Of a DNA stretch of 24,000 nt, positions 7,814 through 15,708 are shown one piece after another; position 1 is the first letter of the stretch, and the number at the start of each line of letters is the position of its first letter. The stretch comes from Chlorobium sp. (GTDB lineage Bacteria; Bacteroidota; Chlorobiia; Chlorobiales; Chlorobiaceae), in the NCBI GenBank assembly GCA_028277225.1, contig JANQHB010000024.1, positions 30,266 through 54,265 of the forward strand, given 5' to 3'. The notes below the pieces were generated by a model that saw nothing but the letters and a program-made list of their open reading frames with translations, searched no databases and had not been told where the DNA came from. A program made the translations under genes and the position numbers.

Positions 7814-8093
7814 GGCAGTGGGCAGTCTCCAGTTTGCAGCAGGCAGTCTCCACTTAGCAGGAGACAGGAGTAAGGAGGGATGTATAGGTAATAGGTAATG
7901 GGTAATAGGGAATTGGAGGAGCAAAGAGACAAGAATAAGGGAGGTCGGATGGCCGGAGACCGAAGGCGGAGAAGAAGGAATTAATGATTTTGACTGCTGA
8001 CTGTGAACTGCTTGCTGGTGACTTTATCTCAGAGGGGCGTAAGAAGATAGTCGGCAGTCTTCAGTGGGTAGTTGGGAAGAAGTTCTTAGTTGA
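7814..8093. repeat. Tract of about 40 degenerate heptanucleotide tandem repeats in a single register
   Basis: When the sequence is read in 7-nt steps from 7814, four runs of near-identical heptads stay in the same 7n phase. Run 1: GGCAGTG GGCAGTC TCCAGTT TGCAGCA GGCAGTC TCCACTT AGCAGGA GACAGGA GTAAGGA. Run 2 (7884-7911): ATAGGTA ATAGGTA ATGGGTA ATAGGGA. Run 3 (7989-8023): TTTGACT GCTGACT GTGAACT GCTTGCT GGTGACT. Run 4 (8052-8072): CGGCAGT CTTCAGT GGGTAGT. Confidence 0.8.
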
Positions 8094-8112
8094 ATGCAAC
8101 AACGGTGGATTG

Positions 8113-8463
8113 ATGGATATACGATTTGAAAAAAAGGTGCGGCTGCGGATGTATTTGGGTGAACAGGTCAAGTATCACCATCGTCCGTTTTATGAAGTGG
8201 TTTTTGCACGGGCCAGGGATGAAGGGCTGGCCGGGGCGACTGTTTTCAGGGGGATTCTTTCCTATGGGATGAGCGGCAGGGTGCATTCTTCGAAAATTCT
8301 CGAGCTGTCACAGGATCTGCCGATGGTTGTAGAGATTGTGGAGGAAGAGGAAAAGATCGAGAATTTCCTGCAGATTCTGGCCGCGCTTGCAGCTGAATCA
8401 GGGGCGCATGTTCATTTGACCAGGGAGGAGGTGGACTCGGCTTTGATCAGGCAGCAGGAGTAA
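8113..8463 (+). CDS. DUF190 (UPF0166, PII-like) protein, commonly linked to crcB
   Basis: Core sequence: RLRMYLGEQVKYHHRPFYEVVFARARDEGLAGATVFRGILSYGMSGRVHSSKILELSQDLPMVVEIV. This matches my recollection of the DUF190 pattern. I prefer the ATG at 8113 (116 aa) because 7984-8112 is heptad-repeat DNA. Confidence 0.78.
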   Translation: MDIRFEKKVRLRMYLGEQVKYHHRPFYEVVFARARDEGLAGATVFRGILSYGMSGRVHSSKILELSQDLPMVVEIVEEEEKIENFLQILAALAAESGAHVHLTREEVDSALIRQQE

Positions 8464-8495
8464 TTCAGCCGGGGATACCAGAAAACATCAAGGAT

Positions 8496-8537
8496 AAAAA
8501 AAGCGGGAACCGCCTTATGCAGTTCCCGCTTTTCTTT
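8496..8537. terminator. Bidirectional intrinsic terminator between the DUF190 gene (+) and hemL (-)
   Basis: GCGGGAAC (8503-8510) pairs with GTTCCCGC (8522-8529). The stem is flanked by a 7-nt A-run (8496-8502) and a T-rich run (8530-8537). Confidence 0.8.
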
Positions 8538-8556
8538 CTGATTTTTTTTGCGAACC

Positions 8557-9852
8557 TCAAGCTTCGGCGGTCTGAAGGGCGGCGTAGTTGGCCTTGACGG
8601 TTTTTTCAAGGTCTTCGTCGGTCATGACTGCACTGGTGAACATCGCCTCGAACTGGGATGGGGCAAGGTAGATGCCCTCGTCGAGCATGGCATGGAAATA
8701 CTTGCCATACTTCTGGGTGTCCGTTGTGATCGCTGTATCGTAATCGGTGACCGTCTGATCAGTGAAGAAGAGGCACGCCATCGAGCCCATGCGGTTCTGG
8801 GTGTAGTTCAAACCGAGTTTGTTGAGGTTGTCGCGGAATCCTTCCTCGAGGAACGCAGCCTTGCGTTCGAGTTCAGGGTAAGGATTTTCGTCACGAAGGA
8901 TCTTGAGTGTTTCCAGTCCGGCAGTCAGTGCAAGCGGGTTTCCCGAAAGGGTTCCTGCCTGGTAGACATCTCCGATCGGGGCGACGCGTTCCATGATCTC
9001 ACGTTTACCGCCGAAGGCACCGACCGGAAGGCCGCCGCCGATGATCTTGCCCATTGTGGTAAGGTCGGGACTGATGCCGTAGCGTTCCTGGGCACCGCCG
9101 AGAGCGACACGGAAGCCGCACATGACCTCGTCGAAAATCAGCACGATACCTTCTTCTGTACAAAGGTCGCGAAGCGCCTGGAGGAAGGCCGGGTTTGCCG
9201 GGATCACACCAGTGTTTCCTGCAACAGGTTCGATAATGATAGCAGCAACGTTGCCTTTGTTTTCACTAACCAGAAGCCTGACGGAATCGATGTCGTTGTA
9301 TTTGGCGTTCAGCGTATCGTTTGCCGTACCCTTGGTGACGCCGGGGCTGTCGGGAGCACCGAGGGTAAGCGCGCCGGAACCTGCTTTGATGAGGAAGCTG
9401 TCACCGTGGCCGTGGTAGCAGCCTTCGAACTTGATGATCTTGTCGCGGCCGGTATAGCCTCTTGCAAGACGAACGGCGGACATGGTTGCTTCGGTGCCGC
9501 TATTGACCATACGCACCATTTCAATCGATGGTACGATTTCAGCAAGAAGTTCTGCGATTTCGATTTCCATTTCGATCGGCGTACCGAAACTGGTACCGAC
9601 TTTGGTGAGCGTCTCTTCCAGAGCCGCCGTAATTCTCGGATGCATGCTGCCGAGTATGAACGGACCCCATGATCCTACGTAATCAAGATAGGTGTTGCCG
9701 TCAACGTCGGTCATATAGGCGCCCTGGCCTTTAGCCATATAGATAGGGATTCCGCCGACCGATTTGAAAGCACGGACCGGAGAGTTCACTCCGCCGGGAA
9801 TAGTCTTTTTCGCTTGTTCGAAAAGTTCTGCTGATCTGGTTAATGTGGGCAT
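8557..9852 (-). CDS. hemL: Glutamate-1-semialdehyde 2,1-aminomutase
   Basis: Class-III aminotransferase with N-terminal SAELFEQAKKTIPGGVNSPVRAFKSVGG, plus FDEVMCGFR and GKIIGGGLPVGAFGG. ATG at 9852 (MPTLTRS...), 431 aa. The track ORF starts 3 codons earlier at a TTG. Confidence 0.97.
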   Translation of the reverse strand: MPTLTRSAELFEQAKKTIPGGVNSPVRAFKSVGGIPIYMAKGQGAYMTDVDGNTYLDYVGSWGPFILGSMHPRITAALEETLTKVGTSFGTPIEMEIEIAELLAEIVPSIEMVRMVNSGTEATMSAVRLARGYTGRDKIIKFEGCYHGHGDSFLIKAGSGALTLGAPDSPGVTKGTANDTLNAKYNDIDSVRLLVSENKGNVAAIIIEPVAGNTGVIPANPAFLQALRDLCTEEGIVLIFDEVMCGFRVALGGAQERYGISPDLTTMGKIIGGGLPVGAFGGKREIMERVAPIGDVYQAGTLSGNPLALTAGLETLKILRDENPYPELERKAAFLEEGFRDNLNKLGLNYTQNRMGSMACLFFTDQTVTDYDTAITTDTQKYGKYFHAMLDEGIYLAPSQFEAMFTSAVMTDEDLEKTVKANYAALQTAEA

Positions 9853-9998
9853 ATGTACCAATCCGGTTAAAGATTACAGGAAAAAAAGACGGGAAAGTAA
9901 CAGACATCAAAGATAGAAATCCTCGCGAAGATATAAAACCCCCCAAAAGCATGAAAACGTACGGTAATCGTCTGCGCCCTGCCACATCGTGCATCATG

Positions 9999-10793
9999 TT
10001 ACCGCTGAGGATGCGAGAGAATCTGATTGATGACCTTGCGGTTTTTTACCGGAATGCTGTCTTCGCTGTGAAAGGAACAGTAGTGCTGCAGAATATCGCA
10101 GACCTGCCGGCAGTCATTTCTGTCTGACTGTAGGTTGTCGATTGTATCGGTATCGATTATCCGAAGGGTACGCATAAGCAGGTATGCCCCGGTGGGAACC
10201 GGTCTTCCACCTGGCGGAGCTTTCACTGCGGGGCTCTGCAGCATGATCCCACCCGGGTCGTCGAGAAAAAAAAGCCTGGTTTCCGGTTCAGCCTCGAGTG
10301 CAGCAAGGACAGGTTTCCCGCTCAGGACGCACTGCTCAATCGACGGCTCGAAGCCCAGGATTGAAACCAGTCTCATGAAAAACCAGGCAAGGACGGCATC
10401 GGTATTTTGGCAAGGCCAGGAGAGCGTTTCAATTGCCTGAGAAAGGGCGTCGAACAACCGGGGGCTTTTTTCCCCGCTCCCGGTCGTGTTCCGTACAATA
10501 TCGATAATACGGTATAGTGTGCTGAATCGGTCCAGGTCAGGTTCAGAGGCCATCGGGCTGTTGATGATGCGTGCTTCCCTGACAGGGCTGAGGTTCCGGT
10601 TTCCGGTTCGGTATAGCACAACTTCGAGGAGGTTTCCGGTGATAAAGAGCCCGGAAAGCCGGTTTTTGGGATTTCTGCCACCCTTGAGGATTATTGAGAT
10701 CTTTCCAAAATCCCTGGTGTAGAGAGAGCAGATCGCCGATGTGTCGCGGTATTTTATTTCCTTGAGGACCAGCCCCCGGGTTTTGGCGAGCAC
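9999..10793 (-). CDS. recO: DNA repair protein RecO
   Basis: The N-terminal OB-fold pattern [47 protein letters not shown] is typical of RecO. A GTG at 10793 gives the usual M-L-x-K-T-x-G-I-V-L start. The track ORF extends to a TTG at 10817. Confidence 0.85.
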   Translation of the reverse strand: MLAKTRGLVLKEIKYRDTSAICSLYTRDFGKISIILKGGRNPKNRLSGLFITGNLLEVVLYRTGNRNLSPVREARIINSPMASEPDLDRFSTLYRIIDIVRNTTGSGEKSPRLFDALSQAIETLSWPCQNTDAVLAWFFMRLVSILGFEPSIEQCVLSGKPVLAALEAEPETRLFFLDDPGGIMLQSPAVKAPPGGRPVPTGAYLLMRTLRIIDTDTIDNLQSDRNDCRQVCDILQHYCSFHSEDSIPVKNRKVINQILSHPQR

Positions 10794-10958
10794 GGTAAGG
10801 ATTTTTTTAATTGGCAAAATAATTATATATACCTGAGCCTGCAGCCAGGCGCCTGCAGACTACTACGGAACAGTATACAAAATAAAAACAGACAGATGGG
10901 ATCCGGCCACCATGAGCGGATGCCCGATACAAGCGTAACGCAAGGAGGTAATGACAAT

Positions 10959-11204
10959 ATGCCAACCTATCATTATCGTTGTAAAGAGTGCGGCTATGAG
11001 AAGGATGTCTTTCAGCGTATGACCGATGACGCGTTGACCATATGTCCTGAATGCAACGAGGAAGTTTTTGAGAGGGTAATCAGTGCCGAAGGCGGTTTTC
11101 TTTTGAAAGGATCAGGATTCCACAAAACCGACTACAGCCAGCAGAGCTGCGAAAGTGCGCCTTCCGGAGGCTGTGCCACAGGCAACTGCCCGCTTGCCAA
11201 GTAA
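10959..11204 (+). CDS. FmdB-family zinc-ribbon protein (putative regulatory protein)
   Basis: [42 protein letters not shown] carries CxxC...CxxC. AAGGAGG (10942-10948) lies 10 nt upstream of the ATG at 10959. Confidence 0.8.
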   Translation: MPTYHYRCKECGYEKDVFQRMTDDALTICPECNEEVFERVISAEGGFLLKGSGFHKTDYSQQSCESAPSGGCATGNCPLAK

Positions 11205-11231
11205 CACCGTTTATTCATAGATCGAATACAA

Positions 11232-11264
11232 AAAGTCTTCCCGAAACGGAAGGCTTTTTCTTTT
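11232..11264 (+). terminator. Intrinsic terminator downstream of the zinc-ribbon gene
   Basis: AAAGTCTTCC (11232-11241) pairs with GGAAGGCTTT (11248-11257), with one G-U. The loop is CGAAAC and a TTTTTCTTTT run follows. Confidence 0.75.
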
Positions 11265-11436
11265 CCTGTTCACCAGCCGCAAAAAACCCGCCCCTTCTGA
11301 GATAAAGTCTCCAGCAGGCAGTTCTCAGTCAGAAAACATGTATTCCTTTCTCCAGGCCATCAGACGGGCAACCACAGGGGGTTGCCCCTACAAAACTCAT
11401 CGCCCTTTGCTAAACACCTGACACCCTTCCCTGGTC

Positions 11437-11523
11437 GGTACGGGCGGGTTTACCTGACGGCTCCAGCCAACCAGCCATCAAGCCATTCAAACCATTCACG
11501 ATTTACGATTCACTATTCACTAA
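11437..11523. repeat. Composite short-repeat block (GTACGGGCGGGTTT ... CCAGCCAA ... AAACCATTCACGA; heptads TCACGAT TTACGAT TCACTAT TCACTAA)
   Basis: This is an imperfect inverted copy of 13582-13641. It overlaps the last codons and stop of the OstA-like gene. Confidence 0.65.
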
Positions 11524-12430
11524 ACCTTGGTTTCTCGTCAAATCGCAGTTTGAAGCCGGGAAGGTTGATCTCCCGGCTGCCCCTCATCCGGTTCGGATAC
11601 TGTTTGCCCTCGACATTGCCTGTTACAGCTATTCTGTCCAGTTTGCCTTCTGAAAACGACATGGTTATTGTTTTGCCGCCCACAAAGTTTATACCGGAGG
11701 GGGTATTGTCCGTATTGTATGAGTGGTAAAGGCTTTTTGCCTGATCCTCGACCAGGATGCCGGATAATTCTTCACGGTCGCTCATGTCAAAGCGCATGGA
11801 TTTTCCGCTGAGCTGGTTATAAAGATTCCTTTTCAGCTCAAGTGTGTCGCGAGCTATAAAGAATGCCTTGCCATTTACGGTAATTGATTCGATGCGTTGT
11901 ATTTCTTCATCTTTTTTGAGTTGCACCGTGATGCTGTCGCCACTGAACTGGCGCTCAGTCTGCCAGGCAATGGCTTTTCGATACATGGTTATCCGATCGT
12001 TTTGCCTGTCGATATGGGCCCGTTCGGAAGAGGTGACCAGATCGTTTTCAAGCATTCGTCCCCGAACATTGTTTTTGAGTTCGGCAATTCCTGTATCGGG
12101 ATAATAGATGGCCCTGTCACAGAACACTTCCGTCTGCCGGTCGGTCATGTAGATATTCCCTTTCAGCTCGACGACATTGCTTTCAAGAAATTCCGTGGCT
12201 TTGTCGCAATGGAGAAGGAAGTTCTCATGAGAAAAAACGACATTGCCCGAAACCGACCGGACCTGTTCGATCCTGCCGAAAGGAGATCGTTTCTGGCCGC
12301 CTTCCAGACGGTCGGCCTGGCGCAAATAAATTTTCTTTTTTTCCGCAAGGGCTATATTATGATTCGGGAAAGCTGCAAGAAACAGCAATGCCGAACAAAC
12401 CATACTGACAAGTATCTTGGCGCCATTCAT
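11513..12430 (-). CDS. OstA/LptA-like periplasmic protein (OstA_N-type beta-jellyroll repeats)
   Basis: 305 aa with signal peptide MNGAKILVSMVCSALLFLAAFPNHNIALA. The body is rich in beta-strand repeats and resembles the proteins annotated as 'OstA family protein' in Chlorobi/Bacteroidetes. Recognition is by overall pattern only. Confidence 0.5.
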   Translation of the reverse strand: MNGAKILVSMVCSALLFLAAFPNHNIALAEKKKIYLRQADRLEGGQKRSPFGRIEQVRSVSGNVVFSHENFLLHCDKATEFLESNVVELKGNIYMTDRQTEVFCDRAIYYPDTGIAELKNNVRGRMLENDLVTSSERAHIDRQNDRITMYRKAIAWQTERQFSGDSITVQLKKDEEIQRIESITVNGKAFFIARDTLELKRNLYNQLSGKSMRFDMSDREELSGILVEDQAKSLYHSYNTDNTPSGINFVGGKTITMSFSEGKLDRIAVTGNVEGKQYPNRMRGSREINLPGFKLRFDEKPRFSE

Positions 12431-12471
12431 GGTGTAGCAGGATGGGTTAGTGAAACAATGTAAAAAGGAAA

Positions 12472-13581
12472 ATGCTCGTGAAAAAGATTCTTTTAGCGGC
12501 AGGTGACCGCCACGGCCTTTTGAAAGTGCTGCCGCTCTGGAAAGCCCTTGTTATACATGACTGGTATGATGTTGTTCTTGCTGCAGGTTCACCTTTACCG
12601 AAAGGAGACCTTTCCGGTGAAGATCTTCCCGGGCTTTTCGGGATAAAGGGAGGTATCGTGCCGATTGAAGGTGAGGGGGCTTCTCCCGTCAGCCGAACGG
12701 CTTCTGCATTGAACGCGTTCGAGGAACTGCTGCTTGCAGAAGAGCCGGATATTCTTCTGATCGGAGGACACGACGATATTTCGCTTTCAGCAGCACTGGC
12801 AGCCTCCAAGCTTGGTTTTACCGTTGCAAGGCTCGGTGCCGGGTTGCGGGACTATAACCGGAATTCACAGTCTGAAACAAACCGCAAGATCATCGATGCC
12901 CTCGCAGATATTCTCTTTGTCAGCGAGCATAGCGGTGAATACAACCTGATCAACGAGGGATTTGACGAAGCGAGAATCTTTTTTGTCGGAGAAATGGCTA
13001 TCGACAGTCTTGCCGCCGTGATAGAAAAATCCAACAGTTCGAACGTGATTGCAGATATCGGTATCGATGAAAAAAAATATGTGCTTTTCCTGCTTGACAA
13101 TCCTGCAGCGTTCGACAGCGATTCAGCATTGAAGAGCGTGTTGCATGTCGTCACCTCGGTTGCCGGGAACCACCAGGTTCTGGTGCTTGTCGGTCCCGAT
13201 GAGGGGACCATCATGCAGAAGCATGAAATGGGTGAAGATTTCACGACTATACCGGGAGTTCAGGTCCTGCCCTTTCCGGGATACGTCGAGTTGCTGCGTC
13301 TTGTGAAAGACGCCTTGTTTGTCATAACCGATTCCAACTTTGCACAGGCCGAATCAACCGTCATGAAGGTTCCCTGCCTGACGATGCTCGACGATACGAC
13401 AAGTCCTGCCACCATAGAGATCGGTACCAATATTCTGGTCGGCGACAGGGAGGAGGATATCCTGCAGGCAATCAGCGAAGCCGATCTGGACGAGATCGGG
13501 AAAAAGTCAAAGATACCTGAAAAATGGGATGGAGATGTCACCCGGCGGGTTATCGATGTGCTGGATAAGGTGCTTGTTTAG
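12472..13581 (+). CDS. UDP-N-acetylglucosamine 2-epimerase-like protein (Epimerase_2 family, divergent)
   Basis: Colinear with the WecB layout: GDRHG (for GTRPE), GGHDD (for HGDT), GAGLRD (for EAGLR), SETNR (for EEANR), and ITDSNFAQAESTVMKVPCLTMLDDTT (for [25 protein letters not shown]). Several canonical positions are substituted. Confidence 0.65.
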   Translation: MLVKKILLAAGDRHGLLKVLPLWKALVIHDWYDVVLAAGSPLPKGDLSGEDLPGLFGIKGGIVPIEGEGASPVSRTASALNAFEELLLAEEPDILLIGGHDDISLSAALAASKLGFTVARLGAGLRDYNRNSQSETNRKIIDALADILFVSEHSGEYNLINEGFDEARIFFVGEMAIDSLAAVIEKSNSSNVIADIGIDEKKYVLFLLDNPAAFDSDSALKSVLHVVTSVAGNHQVLVLVGPDEGTIMQKHEMGEDFTTIPGVQVLPFPGYVELLRLVKDALFVITDSNFAQAESTVMKVPCLTMLDDTTSPATIEIGTNILVGDREEDILQAISEADLDEIGKKSKIPEKWDGDVTRRVIDVLDKVLV

Positions 13582-13641
13582 TTCGTGATTCGTGAATGGT
13601 TTTGTTGGCTGGATGGCTTGTTAAAACCCGCCCCTACTGAG
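13582..13641. repeat. Composite short-repeat block (TTCGTGA TTCGTGA ATGGTTT ... GGCTGGATGGCTTG ... AAAACCCGCCCCTACTGAG)
   Basis: It starts right after the epimerase-like stop codon. Its reverse complement aligns with 11437-11523. The AAACCCGCCCCT(A/T)CTGAG core also occurs at 11284-11301. Confidence 0.65.
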
Positions 13642-13719
13642 TATGGTTATTTTTCGTATCAATTTTCTGTACGAGCAGGCCACCGTGCCTGCCCTGCGGT
13701 GTCCGGGTTACTATTATAG

Positions 13720-15272
<1,553 letters not shown>

Positions 15273-15321
15273 CCGTGGCTTTTTTACCGTTTGAATTTTC
15301 ACTTTTGACGTTTATACATCC

Positions 15322-15588
15322 GTGATTGTTCGGGAAGTTGTTATAAAAAACAGGGCCGGATTACATACAAGGCCGGCGGCTGCTGTTGTCAAGATAGCAT
15401 CGCGTTTCAGATCCGATTTTTTTATTGAAATGCGCGGATCGGAGGTGAACGCCAAATCCATTATCGGTGTGATGAGTCTTGCCGCACCGAAGGGAACCAA
15501 ACTTGTCCTGAAGTTCGATGGCGATGATGAACAGGAGGCTGCCGATCAACTCACCAGTTTTTTTGAGCAGGGTTTCGGTGAGCAGTGA
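15322..15588 (+). CDS. ptsH: Phosphocarrier protein HPr
   Basis: 88 aa with a GTG start. His15 lies in NRAGLHTRPAA and Ser46 lies in NAKSIIGVMSL. Confidence 0.9.
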   Translation: MIVREVVIKNRAGLHTRPAAAVVKIASRFRSDFFIEMRGSEVNAKSIIGVMSLAAPKGTKLVLKFDGDDEQEAADQLTSFFEQGFGEQ

Positions 15589-15708
15589 GCGTTTTTTTCT
15601 TGTGGTCTCTACAGGAGCCGGGCTGCTGATGGCGTGTTTAATCATTCAGTGTATCGGCTTTCGGGCGAATTGTCATCACAAACTTGGTTATCACCGGGAT
15701 TACGAACC

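Noticed and set aside
7814-8093. CRISPR array or coding tandem repeat as an explanation for the repeat tracts; the same question was asked of 17746-17976
   Set aside because: The units are 7 nt, contiguous and without spacers. The 16-bp palindromes are separated by 86 and 129 bp of hairpin-rich but non-uniform sequence. Neither fits CRISPR geometry of 24-48 bp repeats with similar-length spacers, and no cas genes are present.
7984-8112. The N-terminal 43 codons of the track ORF 7984..8463
   Set aside because: This segment is part of the period-7 repeat tract (TTTGACT GCTGACT GTGAACT ...), which cannot be under coding selection. The DUF190 fold begins after the ATG at 8113, giving the usual length of about 116 aa.
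8548-9672. A 374-aa ORF on the + strand, the longest unexplained ORF in the track
   Set aside because: It lies entirely antisense to hemL, whose product is unmistakable along its full length. The + strand translation is a low-complexity Gly/Val/Asp/Arg-rich sequence with no motif I recognise. It is a typical shadow ORF of a gene with GC-rich third positions.
11382-11729. A 115-aa ORF on the + strand in the zinc-ribbon/OstA-like convergent gap
   Set aside because: Its first half is translated from the palindromic and heptad repeat modules. Its second half is antisense to the OstA-like gene. It has no start context and no motif.
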